64,000 nucleotides of DNA from Gammaproteobacteria bacterium (GCA_965238175.1 CBDEGZ010000003.1:1600001-1664000), one strand, 5' to 3'. Positions 19,412-30,515 are shown, counted from the first letter of the stretch. The notes: a model not told the origin generated them from the letters alone. Numbers and translations: made by a program.

Positions 19412-21259
19412 ATGTGTGGCATTGCTGGAATTTATAATTATCATTATGCGTCTTGTGAAGTAGACAGAGAAGAGCTACTCAAAATACGTGATCATATGCA
19501 AGCTAGAGGGCCTGACGGTTTTGGGGAGTGGTTTTCAGAAGATAGGCATATCGCATTTGGACATCGAAGATTGTCTATTATTGATCTTCATAAACGTGCG
19601 GCCCAGCCGATGGTCAATGAAGATAGTAATTGTATCGTTACGTTTAACGGTGAAATTTATAATTATCAAGAATTAAGAAAGAAACTTGAAACAAAAGGTT
19701 ATAGGTTTAAGACAACCTCTGATACCGAAGTTTTGTTACACCTCTATACTGAGATGGGGGTGGATATGTTAAATGAATTGCGAGGCATGTTTGCCTTTGG
19801 CATCTGGGACAATAAAAAGAAACAATTATTTCTTGCAAGAGACCCTTATGGTATCAAACCGTTTTATTATGCTGATGATGGGTGGACTTTTCGGTTTGCT
19901 AGCCAGGTAAAAGCCATACTAGCAGGTGGAAAAGTATCGAGAACATCAGAACCTGCTGGGCAAGTCGGTTTTTATCTTTTTGGAAATATACCAGAACCCT
20001 ATACCTCGTGGCAGGAGATACGCGCGTTAGAATCTGGTACATATATGATCATCGATCAAGCGGGTATAAAAAAACAGCACAAGTATTTCAGCTTGTCGAG
20101 TGTTTACAAGGAAGCAGAAATTTTGGACGCACAGTTTGAAAAAATGGAGTGTGAACAAAACATCAGAAAATTATTTCTTGACTCTGTTCACCATCACATT
20201 GTATCAGATACCAAAGTTGGAGCCTTTTTATCTGCAGGCATTGATTCTGGAGCATTGGTAGCTTTGATGAAAGATGCAGGTTTGGATGAGGTTGAAACAT
20301 TAACCCTTGCTTTTTCAGAGCAACAAGGTACTCATGATGATGAGTCTTTACTAGCCGAACAAGTCGCGCAACGCTATAAAACAAAACATACAACACGTTT
20401 AATCACTCAAGGCGAGTTTGATGAAGACTTACCCAAAATTATAAACGCGATGGATCAACCTAGTATTGATGGAATTAACACCTGGTTTATAAGCAAAGCT
20501 GCTAAGGAGCAAGGTCTCAAGGTTGCTATTTCAGGAGTAGGTGGTGATGAGTTACTTGGCGGTTATTCAACTTTTAGCGATGTTCAGAAGATTATGAAAT
20601 ATAGTAGAGTGCCATCAAAGATACCATTTTCTGATCAGTTATTCCGACTTTTTTCCACAAAATTACTTTCACAAAAAACTTCATCTAATCCCAAACTCCC
20701 AGGTCTACTCAAATATGGTCGGAATCTTGCGAGTGCTTATTATTTAAAGAGAGGATTATTCTTACCATGGGAACTGGAAAATGTTCTTGATCGTGAAACT
20801 GTTTATGAAGGCTTGCGCCGATTACAACCAGAAAAAGTCGTTGCATCAGAGTTGCAATCAGGTGTTAAAGATTATCGCAGTAAAGTATCTATACTAGAAT
20901 CTACAATCTACATGAAGAATCAACTTTTGCGTGATACGGATTGGGCTAGTATGGCGCATTCTCTTGAAATTCGTACCCCTTTAGTTGATTCATATTTACT
21001 ACAGAAAATAGTACCTTATTTACTTAGTCAAGAGAAACATAATCACAAAATATCTTTGGCGAATAGCCCAACCTTACCGTTACCTGACACTGTTACAAAT
21101 AGAGAAAAAACAGGGTTTAGTATTCCAGTTGCAAACTGGTTGCAAACTAATGCTTCAACCCAACAATGGAAAGCAGTTTCAACATTAACTCAACCACGCT
21201 GTCCATGGGCTAGACGATGGGCATATTCAATAGCGATTCAGCATTTTTGTCCGCCATGA
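19412..21259 (+). CDS. asnB: Asparagine synthase (glutamine-hydrolysing)-family amidotransferase, polysaccharide-associated
   Basis: MCGIAG N-terminal nucleophile, RGPD, HRRLSIIDL, FNGEIYN, LSAGIDS and SGVGGDELLGGY. Confidence 0.93.
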   Translation: MCGIAGIYNYHYASCEVDREELLKIRDHMQARGPDGFGEWFSEDRHIAFGHRRLSIIDLHKRAAQPMVNEDSNCIVTFNGEIYNYQELRKKLETKGYRFKTTSDTEVLLHLYTEMGVDMLNELRGMFAFGIWDNKKKQLFLARDPYGIKPFYYADDGWTFRFASQVKAILAGGKVSRTSEPAGQVGFYLFGNIPEPYTSWQEIRALESGTYMIIDQAGIKKQHKYFSLSSVYKEAEILDAQFEKMECEQNIRKLFLDSVHHHIVSDTKVGAFLSAGIDSGALVALMKDAGLDEVETLTLAFSEQQGTHDDESLLAEQVAQRYKTKHTTRLITQGEFDEDLPKIINAMDQPSIDGINTWFISKAAKEQGLKVAISGVGGDELLGGYSTFSDVQKIMKYSRVPSKIPFSDQLFRLFSTKLLSQKTSSNPKLPGLLKYGRNLASAYYLKRGLFLPWELENVLDRETVYEGLRRLQPEKVVASELQSGVKDYRSKVSILESTIYMKNQLLRDTDWASMAHSLEIRTPLVDSYLLQKIVPYLLSQEKHNHKISLANSPTLPLPDTVTNREKTGFSIPVANWLQTNASTQQWKAVSTLTQPRCPWARRWAYSIAIQHFCPP

Positions 21260-22359
21260 AAAAGGAAATAAGAATTTTAGCACTTGTGACAGATGCATTT
21301 GGTGGAGATGGAGGGATTTCACAATACAATCGTGATTTATTAACGGCTGTGTCATCACTAGATGTAGTAAAGGAAGTGATTGTGTTGCCGAGGTTGGGTT
21401 TACCTGATCAACCAGTACCTACAAAGATTAAAAACCTACCCGCTACTTTCAATCGACTTTTTTATACGTTTAAATCACTCAAGCTGATACTCAGTGAAGG
21501 TCCATTTGATGTGATATTTTGTGGTCACTTAGCGCATGCGTCATTAGCAGCAGTCTTATCAAAATTGACAAAAACACCAATTTGGTTGCAATTGCATGGG
21601 ATAGAGGCATGGACTTGTCCCTCACGATTATATCGTTGGGGAGTTGAACAGTCTGATTTGGTGACAGTAGTTAGTCGATATACAAAATTTCGATTTTCTA
21701 ATTGGGTTAACTTGTCGCCGGAAAAGATTAGAGTGTTGTCTAATACAGTATCAGAAATTTATATGCCAGGTGAAAAATCTGAAACCTTGATCAAGAAATA
21801 TGATCTTCACGACAAAAAGGTTCTTTTAACTGTTTCAAGAATTTCAAAAGCAGATAGATACAAAGGACATGACCGCGTCATCTCAGCATTAGCAAAAATC
21901 AAAAATAACATTCCGAATATAATTTATCTAATAGCAGGTTTGGGAGATTCTATGGATGACCTTAAGGCACTGGCGAAGAGTAAAGGAGTTGAACAAATCG
22001 TTAAATTCGTAGGTAGAGTTGATAACGAGGAGTTACCTGACTTATATCGTACAGTTGATGTCTTTGTTATGCCAAGCACAAATGAAGGGTTTGGGATCGT
22101 TTTCTTGGAAGCGATGCGATCTGGAATCACAACCGTGAGTGGTAATGTAGATGGCAGTGTTGATCCATTACAAGATGGTGACGCAGGTTACACCGTTTCT
22201 GGCACTAATGAAGATGTCCTAGTAGAAACAATCAAAGCAGCATTGAACTCTCCTATAGATGGCACACCTTATGCTCAAAAGTTTAGTATAAGAGCATTTT
22301 CAGAACATGCTAACCGGTTATTAATACAATTGATCAATCAACCTTCTAGTAACCAATAG
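21256..22359 (+). CDS. GT4 glycosyltransferase
   Basis: GGISQY, YKGHD and EGFGIVFLEA; ATGA overlap with the asnB stop. Confidence 0.9.
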   Translation: MKKEIRILALVTDAFGGDGGISQYNRDLLTAVSSLDVVKEVIVLPRLGLPDQPVPTKIKNLPATFNRLFYTFKSLKLILSEGPFDVIFCGHLAHASLAAVLSKLTKTPIWLQLHGIEAWTCPSRLYRWGVEQSDLVTVVSRYTKFRFSNWVNLSPEKIRVLSNTVSEIYMPGEKSETLIKKYDLHDKKVLLTVSRISKADRYKGHDRVISALAKIKNNIPNIIYLIAGLGDSMDDLKALAKSKGVEQIVKFVGRVDNEELPDLYRTVDVFVMPSTNEGFGIVFLEAMRSGITTVSGNVDGSVDPLQDGDAGYTVSGTNEDVLVETIKAALNSPIDGTPYAQKFSIRAFSEHANRLLIQLINQPSSNQ

Positions 22360-22369
22360 AGCGAAAATT

Positions 22370-23917
22370 ATGTTATTTATTTATTTGTTTTCAATAATTG
22401 TCCCACTTAGTTTAGTCCTTATTGGTTTTCCTCAGGCGCGAGACTGGTTGCTTGATCATTGGCAACTCGAAGAATATAGCCATGTCATTTTATTACCCGC
22501 AGTAGGGGTTTATCTTCTATTACAAAATAGCGAAAAGTTTTCGATAGATAAAAAGATAAACCGTTCAATTGGTTTTTATATTATTATCGTTTCAATATTT
22601 ATCTTGCTCCTTTCACACTATGGGCAAATGATCAGCTTTTACGGTTATGCATTGTTATTATTGTGTTACGGCACTTATATCAGTGTGTTGGGTTGGGATT
22701 CTTTCAAGAAGAACTGGCCAGCAATGGTTATTTTGTTTTTTGCAGTGCCATTCCCATCAATTTTATTCAATAGTATCTCCACACAATTACAATTAATGTC
22801 CTCATCAATCGGCTCGTCTATTATTAGAGCATCTGGGATCAGTGTTTATCAGAATGGCAATATTATCGATTTGGGTACGATACAACTGGAAGTTGTCGAA
22901 GCCTGCGCGGGTTTACGATATCTATTTCCGTTAATGACGGTTGGCTTCATTGTCGCTGTATTTTACAAAGCATCACTGACCAGAAAGTGGATAATATTTT
23001 TATCTAGTATTCCGATCACGATCATCATTAACAGCCTTCGAATTGCCATGATCGCCATACTTCTGGAATATGCAAATATCGATACGACGACAGGTTTTAT
23101 TCACGATTTTGAAGGTTGGATCATGTTTATGCTGGCAATGGCCATATTGTTATTTCTTGCATCATTTATGACATGGTTTTCCGGTCAAAAACGAGGTTGG
23201 CGTGATGTTATTGAAATAGAACCGCTCGATTTATCGAAAAGTAGGTTAATCAAGTTATTTACACTGACGCCTAATGTTTCAATTCCTCTAATTGCATTAA
23301 CAGTACTATTTACTATGCTGTTAATCACATCACCTTTTTTACCAGAACGGAAAATAATACAACCAGACCGAGAGTTATTTTCAACCTTTCCTACAGCACT
23401 AGGAACTTGGGAAGGAAGGCATTTGGAAATGGAGGAAATTTATAAAAATGCCTTACCGTGGAATGACTATCTCTGGATGGACTTTACCAATCCTCAGGGA
23501 GCACATATCAGTCTTTTCATACCATATTTTGATTCACTATATAAAGATTCATATGCACATAACCCAAGTGTATGCCTACCGGGGAATGGTTGGACGATTG
23601 AGAATGATCAGGAACTCATTATTAAAAATTCGCAAAATGGTGCAGAGATGAAAGTTAACCGACTTGAAACAAAAGTAGGTGGGAAGAACAACCTAGTTTA
23701 TTACTGGTTTCAACATTATGGTTCTAGTCTAGCCGATCAGAAATTGGTCAAACCGGTTCTACTTTGGAATTCAATTACAAAAGGTAGAGCAGATGGCGCA
23801 CTGGTCAGACTAATTCTCGATCTTGATAAGCTACCAAGTAATGTGAGTCCAGAAGATTTGATCAAAGATATGATTGATCAAATCAATATTGTATTACCTA
23901 ACTATGTGCCGGACTAA
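22370..23917 (+). CDS. xrtD: Exosortase D (VPLPA-CTERM-specific) fused to an EpsI domain
   Basis: EEYSH; catalytic C/R/H in VVEACAGLRYL, NSLRI and FIHDFEGW; EpsI motifs HNPSVCLPGNGW, YYWFQ and DGALVRL; VPLPA-type substrates nearby. Confidence 0.85.
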   Translation: MLFIYLFSIIVPLSLVLIGFPQARDWLLDHWQLEEYSHVILLPAVGVYLLLQNSEKFSIDKKINRSIGFYIIIVSIFILLLSHYGQMISFYGYALLLLCYGTYISVLGWDSFKKNWPAMVILFFAVPFPSILFNSISTQLQLMSSSIGSSIIRASGISVYQNGNIIDLGTIQLEVVEACAGLRYLFPLMTVGFIVAVFYKASLTRKWIIFLSSIPITIIINSLRIAMIAILLEYANIDTTTGFIHDFEGWIMFMLAMAILLFLASFMTWFSGQKRGWRDVIEIEPLDLSKSRLIKLFTLTPNVSIPLIALTVLFTMLLITSPFLPERKIIQPDRELFSTFPTALGTWEGRHLEMEEIYKNALPWNDYLWMDFTNPQGAHISLFIPYFDSLYKDSYAHNPSVCLPGNGWTIENDQELIIKNSQNGAEMKVNRLETKVGGKNNLVYYWFQHYGSSLADQKLVKPVLLWNSITKGRADGALVRLILDLDKLPSNVSPEDLIKDMIDQINIVLPNYVPD

Positions 23918-23984
23918 AAATATCTCGTTGATCAATATTGTCAAACATTTTTCATAAATCGATGAAAGTCACTCACCATTATCT

Positions 23985-25274
23985 ATGAGTATTGTAAGCA
24001 TAAAGAAAGGAATTTATATTACAGGATTAACACAGCTCTTAACTGCGGTAGGACAACTAGTTGGAATAAGAATACTAACAGAAATATTACCACCAGGTAT
24101 TTTTGGAAAACTAGCATTATTATTAGGTGTTGTAGCACTAGGAATGTCATTACTAATGAATCCAACTATGCAGGCGTTACTCCGATATTTCCCTGCCTAT
24201 TATGAACAAAAGCCATATCTTTTAAAATGTGTAATATTTAATAGGATAAAAAAAACACTCTTAATTTCATTACCATTCATTTTGCCACTAGTATTTCTTG
24301 GTATTACAAAAGAATGGTTTGAATATAAGGAAGTTATTTTGTTGTTGGTTTTGATGCTTGTTGATGGAATGAAATCCTATCAAACGACAATGCTTAACGC
24401 AGAAATGAAGCATCGATTGTATGGATATTGGCAAGCTAGTGAAGCATGGGCAAGACCCATTGTTGCATATATCGCAGTAACGTTTTTTAGTGTAAATATT
24501 TCAACGGTATTGTTGGCTTATATTTTTATTTCATTATTGTTGTATTTTGTTTTTTATAAAAACTTAGCTAAGAATGTGCAAAAAAAAATCAGCCAAACAG
24601 AATATGTGGAACTCTTTGAAAAATTTCGAAGTTATAGTAAACCACTCATACCATTAGCAATAATAGGTTGGATTTCAGGTATGGCTGATCGTTATATGAT
24701 AGGTGGGTTTTTATCTTTAAAAGATGTCGGTATGTATGCTGCCATTTACGCATTGGCAAGTCGACCTATGTTGATGCTTTCTAGTATTCCAGAAATATCA
24801 ATTAGACCTTTGTATTATGCGGCAGTGAGTTCTCATGATACAAAACTTGCGAATAAATACTTGTTTGTATGGTTTTTAATTGTAGCTTTTTTTGCCATCG
24901 TTCTGATTCTATTTTTACTATATTTTCACGAGCTTATCGCGAAATTATTGTTGGCGAGCGAGTTTAGAGAAGCTTCTTATTTGATGCCTTGGATTGGATT
25001 AGGGTATGGCATGCTAGCACTATCACATATTACAACAAGAGTCTGTTATGCATATGATGCAACATGGTCCGTATTTCTAATCGAGTTATCGGGCGCTATG
25101 TTGGTTTTGTTGGTAGGCATGCCTTTGGTTTATAGTTTTGGTCTGCTTGGGGCAGCAATCTCTATACCTATTTATTTTGGATTGCAGTTATTAATTTCTA
25201 CATACATTGCGTTTAAATTAATACATAAAGCTAAGGCTGATTTCACAGATAATCAAGTTACGATAGGAAGGTAA
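23985..25274 (+). CDS. wzx: Wzx-type polysaccharide flippase
   Basis: About 12 hydrophobic segments, ADRYMIGGFL..VGMY, located in a polysaccharide locus. Confidence 0.8.
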   Translation: MSIVSIKKGIYITGLTQLLTAVGQLVGIRILTEILPPGIFGKLALLLGVVALGMSLLMNPTMQALLRYFPAYYEQKPYLLKCVIFNRIKKTLLISLPFILPLVFLGITKEWFEYKEVILLLVLMLVDGMKSYQTTMLNAEMKHRLYGYWQASEAWARPIVAYIAVTFFSVNISTVLLAYIFISLLLYFVFYKNLAKNVQKKISQTEYVELFEKFRSYSKPLIPLAIIGWISGMADRYMIGGFLSLKDVGMYAAIYALASRPMLMLSSIPEISIRPLYYAAVSSHDTKLANKYLFVWFLIVAFFAIVLILFLLYFHELIAKLLLASEFREASYLMPWIGLGYGMLALSHITTRVCYAYDATWSVFLIELSGAMLVLLVGMPLVYSFGLLGAAISIPIYFGLQLLISTYIAFKLIHKAKADFTDNQVTIGR

Positions 25275-25278
25275 GGTT

Positions 25279-25619
25279 ATGAATGAAATTAAGGCGGTGG
25301 TGAACTATTGTATTTATCTATAGGCTAATCATGGACATGACTTTCCGAAAGTGAATGATACTTTGGTTTATAAAGCTGACCCGTAGGGCGAGTTATCTTG
25401 CATGCGCCTAAACTGACACTATGGAATGCTAAGCACCAATATAATGATTTCAACTCTAACGATCTTTTTAGATTATTACGTGTTACCGGTTTTTATCAGC
25501 TTCAATCTAGAGTGTTAACCCATGTGCCATGCGGCATACTCTTATCATCTCTGTGCGCAATCTATTTGGCACGTCATAAGAGGCTGTTTGATGCTGCGGA
25601 ATTTTATAGAAACAGGTGA
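25279..25619 (+). pseudogene. Degraded class I SAM methyltransferase
   Basis: Frame-broken GRVILHAP...YNDF...LFRLLRVTGF...DAAE resembles the C-terminal half of polysaccharide-locus methyltransferases; internal stops present. Confidence 0.5.
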
Positions 25620-25667
25620 TAAAGGTAGTGGTACTTTTACAAGAGTATTTTTTATTATTGGAATTAA

Positions 25668-26714
25668 ATGCAATTGATGAAGATTTTTTATATTGGGCAA
25701 TTATCAGAAGGATCGACCAGTTTGGAAAGGATGAAAACCCTTCAGCAGCTAGGTCATAAAACTATACCTTTTGATATTTTACCTTTTGCCCGAAAAAAGT
25801 TTTGGCTAAATCAGTCTATTGCTTCAAGATTCAATTTTGGTTCCATTCTAACTGAGTTAAATTCTTCATTGATCAAAGAGGTGCAAGCTCTAGATGGTAT
25901 TACACATGTTTGGGTGGATAAGGGGACATGGATCTATCCAGAAACCTTGAGGTATCTAAAGGAAAAAACTAAGGCATTATTATTCCACTACACACCAGAT
26001 CCGCAGTTTTTTTTCCATCGTTCAAAACATTTTATAGATTCAGTACCTATTTATGATGTGCTTATCACCACCAAAGAATGGGAGCTTGATTCTTATAAAG
26101 CAAGCGGTGCAGAGGATGTTATTTTGACGTACCAAGGCTATGATAATAGGTTTTCCCCTATTATTCCGACTACGGAAATAATAGATAAATACGCTTCTGA
26201 TGTATGTTTTATTGGTCACCCAGAACGACATTATTCGGATAGATTTAGTAGCTTTGCTAATACAGAAATTAACCTCCGTGTTTGGGGGCGAAGGTGGAAT
26301 AGGTATACTTTCTTTAAAAAAGATATAAGACCATATATATCAGGCGAAGGACTTTGGGGTAATGCTTATTTAGATGCTATTTCGTGTGCAAAAATTGGAT
26401 TGGGCTTGTTAAGTAAATGGATCCCGGAAACATCTACCACACGCACTTTTGAAATACCTGCTATGGGAATATTCTTGCTTGCTGAACGAACATCTATACA
26501 TCAGCAGCTATTTGAAGAAAGCAAGGAGGCCGAATTCTTCAGTTCTGATGAAGAAATGTTGGAAAAAATTCAGTTTTACTTAGCAAATGAAAATGCACGC
26601 AAAAAAATTGCAAGAGCAGGCCGGGTACGATGTGAACAAAGTGGATACTCAAGCTCAGTATTATTAGGTAAAGTCATAGAAAAATTAATGCTTAATAAGG
26701 TTTCTAAAAAATGA
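25668..26714 (+). CDS. CgeB-like glycosyltransferase (GT-B)
   Basis: DVCFIGH, TTRTFEIPAMGIFLLAERT and IARAGR. Confidence 0.85.
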   Translation: MQLMKIFYIGQLSEGSTSLERMKTLQQLGHKTIPFDILPFARKKFWLNQSIASRFNFGSILTELNSSLIKEVQALDGITHVWVDKGTWIYPETLRYLKEKTKALLFHYTPDPQFFFHRSKHFIDSVPIYDVLITTKEWELDSYKASGAEDVILTYQGYDNRFSPIIPTTEIIDKYASDVCFIGHPERHYSDRFSSFANTEINLRVWGRRWNRYTFFKKDIRPYISGEGLWGNAYLDAISCAKIGLGLLSKWIPETSTTRTFEIPAMGIFLLAERTSIHQQLFEESKEAEFFSSDEEMLEKIQFYLANENARKKIARAGRVRCEQSGYSSSVLLGKVIEKLMLNKVSKK

Positions 26715-26739
26715 GTACTTATTACATAACAGATAAAAA

Positions 26740-28221
26740 ATGTCTATGAAACAAACAAAGAATATAAGTGTTACGTCACTTCCTCTTAATTATTTGGGAG
26801 GCTACATTTTATTTTGCACTTTGTTGGTTGCAATTCAGATCTTGTGGAGTATTTCTAACCTGGGTGATATAAGAACTCTGAATACTTTCATACCAATCTG
26901 CTTGGTAATCTCTAGTTTATTTGTTATCTGGAAAATTATTAGGTTTGATCCATTTGCTATATGGAACCCTTTGATTTGGTTCTTTTTGGCCTGCTGTGTG
27001 TACTACGGATTAGGTCAGCTTATTCATATTTTTGGTACCGTGGATAGTGTACGACGTGTCAACACCTTATACTTTGTTGATCAGTCTGGGTTAGCTAGAA
27101 CAAATTTACTAAATACAGTAGGTGTTTTGGTAACCACTTTCACTTATTTTCTAATAGTTTCGTTTTTAAAAAGTATTAAAAAACATTCGGCAAATTTAGA
27201 AAAAGATATGGAAGTAGAGCGCTATGGTATAAAGGAAGCTAGGTTTTCAATAATTTTATTTCTATCTATTGGCCTTCCGATTAAATATATATATCAGCTC
27301 CCTTATGACCTCGGCCTTATTAACTGGGTGTTACCAGGCGCTGTTAAATACCTCGGTACTTTTACCGGTTTATCTATCATTCCTTTATATTGGTTGAATA
27401 AGAAACGGGGAGGTATTTATAGACCAATGTTAATAGCTCTAATTTGTGCTGAGTTAATAATAGGCTTTATTGGTTTGGCAAAGCTTCATGTGATAATGAT
27501 ACTAATATTTTTTGTATTGGCGAAACAGTTATATAAACCAAGTTTTAAAAGTTTAGTATTTTCCGGATTGTTTATAGCACTCTTTTATGCTTTGGTATTA
27601 TCACCTTTTGTAAATTTTACAAGAGTACATCTTCAAAAGGTCACCGCAACTAGTATAGGGAGTGTGGTACAATCAAGCGAAGCCTTTAAAAAACGTGGAT
27701 GGTCAGTAAAAGATGGAGCCTTCCCTAAGGCGCAACTTTGGTGGACTAGATTGGCGTATTCCTCATCAACACTTTTTGCCATGCATCAGTATGACAAGGG
27801 GCACCCTGGTAGTACGTTTGCATTAGCACCATACGTCTTTATCCCAAGATTTATTTACCCAGAAAAGCCTATTATGACTTCAGGGCTTGATTTTACTTAT
27901 CTGATAATGCGTAGTAAGCAGACAAGATCACTCACAGGTCTTGGTATATATGGAGAAGGTTACTGGAATATGGGCTGGCTGGGTGTGTTTATAACTGGAG
28001 TAGTGGCTGGGGTGCTCTTTGCCATATATGCAATAGTGTGTGGGCTTGTTGTATCAAAGTACAACTTTCTTTATCTGCCCATTGCGATTGCCGGAATAAC
28101 AATGGGTTTTCGTATTGATGACTGGTTTATCCCTGCTTATCTGGGGACAAGCATACAACTCTTTGTCATCTATTCATTTATACGATTCATAATTAGGCCT
28201 ATGTTCAAACTGAGAATGTAG
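26740..28221 (+). CDS. Wzy-like polysaccharide polymerase (polytopic membrane protein)
   Basis: More than 10 TM segments, FIPRFIYPEKP loop, GEGYWNMGWLGV motif. Confidence 0.6.
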   Translation: MSMKQTKNISVTSLPLNYLGGYILFCTLLVAIQILWSISNLGDIRTLNTFIPICLVISSLFVIWKIIRFDPFAIWNPLIWFFLACCVYYGLGQLIHIFGTVDSVRRVNTLYFVDQSGLARTNLLNTVGVLVTTFTYFLIVSFLKSIKKHSANLEKDMEVERYGIKEARFSIILFLSIGLPIKYIYQLPYDLGLINWVLPGAVKYLGTFTGLSIIPLYWLNKKRGGIYRPMLIALICAELIIGFIGLAKLHVIMILIFFVLAKQLYKPSFKSLVFSGLFIALFYALVLSPFVNFTRVHLQKVTATSIGSVVQSSEAFKKRGWSVKDGAFPKAQLWWTRLAYSSSTLFAMHQYDKGHPGSTFALAPYVFIPRFIYPEKPIMTSGLDFTYLIMRSKQTRSLTGLGIYGEGYWNMGWLGVFITGVVAGVLFAIYAIVCGLVVSKYNFLYLPIAIAGITMGFRIDDWFIPAYLGTSIQLFVIYSFIRFIIRPMFKLRM

Positions 28222-28924
28222 GCCTGAATTGTCTTTTATCTAATTATCTATCACTGATAGGAATATTAATAAGAATGATTGCTCAACAATACATCGATAA
28301 ATTTTATCCGAATGAACAATTCAATGGGACATTGATTTTTTATAAATGGATCAGGGAATATACTCATAACAAAACCAGAATGCTAAATCTGGGAGCGGGC
28401 CCTGCCTCCAAAGAGAAAGTACGGTCGTTTAAAGGTGAGGTTGAGTGTGTTATCGGTGTGGACATTGATGATGAAGTGCTCGGTAATGAAGACTTGGATG
28501 AGTCATATCTAATTGAAAACGATCGCTTGCCATTTGAAGATAGTTCATTTGATGTTGTGATAAGTGATTACGTTCTTGAGCATGTTGAGAAACCAGAGCA
28601 ATTTTTATCGGAAGTTTATAGAGTTCTACGTCCAGAAGGCCATTTTTTATTCAGAACACCAAACAAATATCATTACGTTGCATTAATAGCAAAACTAACT
28701 CCACATTGGTTTCATTTGTTGGTTGCAAATCGTACTCGCGGCTTAGCAGAAGATTCACATGATCCATACCCAACTTTTTATCGAATAAATTCAAAAAAAG
28801 AAATAAATAAATTAAGTTATGAGTTTGGGTTTAGTCAATCTGAACTCAAAATGATTGAATGTGAACCTGCTACATTTTAACGGATACATTAAATAGGCGA
28901 CAATATGCCTTTAGGAGTATCCAA

Positions 28925-29236
28925 ATGACCAGCAACAGAAAACCATACAAAACCTATACCCGAGAATTCAAACTAGAAGCGTTACGCTTGATGGAGCAAT
29001 CAGATAAACCGTCATCTGAGATTGCCGCTGAACTTGGTATACGGCGTAATCAGCTCTATAAATGGAAAGAACAACTGACCGACAAAGGTGATACTGCATT
29101 CCCAGAACAACGTGGAAGGCCTAAGAAAGAAGCACAAAGTGAACTCACCACCTTACGCCAAGATAATGCACGGCTGAAGGAGGAAGTTGAGATATTAAAA
29201 AAGGCCGCGGTGTACTTTGCAGGCGAACTCAAGTGA
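28925..29236 (+). CDS. IS3 transposase OrfA
   Basis: HTH YTREFKLEA...IAAELGI...LYKWK, leucine zipper, ILKKAAVYFA; A6G frameshift motif at 29197-29203. Confidence 0.93.
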   Translation: MTSNRKPYKTYTREFKLEALRLMEQSDKPSSEIAAELGIRRNQLYKWKEQLTDKGDTAFPEQRGRPKKEAQSELTTLRQDNARLKEEVEILKKAAVYFAGELK

Positions 29237-30093
29237 AGTACGCCTTTATTAAAATACAACGTCGCCATCACTCTGTGTCGTTATTATGTCGCACCCTGAC
29301 TGTCTCAGTCAGTGGTTATTATGATTGGTTAGACAGGCCTCAAAGTAAGACACACTCAACGAATCAACGGTTACTGACGAAAATAAGATGTTTTCATCAA
29401 GCTAGTTTTAAGCGTTATGGTTCACCTCGGATACATCGAGACCTACTCGATTCAGGTGAAAAAGTAAGTCGACCGCGTGTTGCACGTTTGATGAAGACTG
29501 CTGGCATTCAATCGAAGATGGCCAAACGGTTTGTGATTACAACCAATTCAAAAAATACCACAGCACCTGCACCCGATAGGCTCAAACGTGAATTTCGTGT
29601 CAATGAAACAAATAAAGCCTGGGTAGCTGACACGACCTTTATTCGTACTCGGCAAGGTTGGTTATATTTGGCTACCATGATGGACTTGTATTCACGGCAA
29701 ATTATTGGCTGGGCGATGTCTGAGCGTAATGACACCAAGCTAGTCACTGATGCGTTAACGATGTCGCTGTCACGCAGAGACAAGGCAAAAGATGTGATTG
29801 TCCATTCCGACCAAGGCAGCACTTATGCCTCGGGTGATTATCGAAAGCTCATTAAAGATAATGGCTTCCTTTGTAGTATGAGCCGAAAAGGTGAATGCCA
29901 TGATAATGCGGTCGCTGAAAGTTTCTTCGGCAGCCTCAAAACAGAGTTGGTTGATGATGAGGATTATCGAACACGTAGCGATGCCAAACAAAGCCTATTT
30001 CACTATATTGAAGTGTTTTATAATCGAAGACGGAGGCATTCTTATTTAGGCTATGTTAGCCCTGTAGAATTTGAGCGGGCAAATGCCCCTTAG
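29233..30093 (+). CDS. IS3 transposase OrfB (DDE)
   Basis: YGSPRI, WVADTT, HSDQGSTY, DNAVAESFF and YNRRRRHS. Confidence 0.95.
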   Translation: MKYAFIKIQRRHHSVSLLCRTLTVSVSGYYDWLDRPQSKTHSTNQRLLTKIRCFHQASFKRYGSPRIHRDLLDSGEKVSRPRVARLMKTAGIQSKMAKRFVITTNSKNTTAPAPDRLKREFRVNETNKAWVADTTFIRTRQGWLYLATMMDLYSRQIIGWAMSERNDTKLVTDALTMSLSRRDKAKDVIVHSDQGSTYASGDYRKLIKDNGFLCSMSRKGECHDNAVAESFFGSLKTELVDDEDYRTRSDAKQSLFHYIEVFYNRRRRHSYLGYVSPVEFERANAP

Positions 30094-30294
30094 TTATTTG
30101 CTCCGTTAAAGTGTTGCAACCTCAATGTGACCCTTCATATTTAACATTCTCTAAATTGACTTTTCTTCTAGGAGTCCTGTACGAGAGAACTGTCAATAGG
30201 TTTTCATTATTATCAGGAGTAAGAGCAAATATATTTGGAAGATTAACTAAATAATTTATATGTTATTAAATAGCTATCCCAACTCTAGATATTG

Positions 30295-30515
30295 ATGACA
30301 AAAATAATAAGTACAATTCATACCAAACCGTCAATTTCCAATGAAGCGAGCCTACTTATTCAGTTGTTCAATTATGTGAAACAGCAATAAAAATTGGGGT
30401 GAAGGTCAATGACTCGTACTATTTGAGTGTCTATGGGATGGTTGTGTTTACAAATATGTTTTTGTCGTTATTCCAGAAAAAAACCAGACTCAACAAAATT
30501 TTCATGTGTCGACAT
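30295..30515 (+). pseudogene. N-terminal relic of a GT4 glycosyltransferase
   Basis: MTKIISTIHTKPSISNEAS then, after a frameshift, PTYSVVQLCETAIKIG; resembles GT4 N-termini of the type HxxPxIxxEASGPxYSVxxLCE. Confidence 0.55.

Larger units (their letters stand above)
28862..30124 (+). mobile_element. IS3-family insertion sequence, 1263 bp, apparently intact
   Basis: TG...CA ends. IRL TGAACCTGCTACATTTTAACGGA vs IRR revcomp TGAGGTTGCAACACTTTAACGGA. 3-bp target duplication ATG (28859-61 / 30125-27). Confidence 0.95.
28275..30254 (+). pseudogene. Class I SAM-dependent methyltransferase interrupted by IS3
   Basis: LNLGAG, LPFEDSSFD and VLEHV motifs. Joining 28275-28861 to 30128-30254 restores a 237-aa ORF ending IECDPSYLTF...YERTVN...RANIFGRLTK. 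Confidence 0.88.

Noticed and set aside
23929-23945. FNR-like half-sites upstream of wzx (TTGAT...GTCAA)
   Set aside because: The spacer is 7 bp rather than 4.
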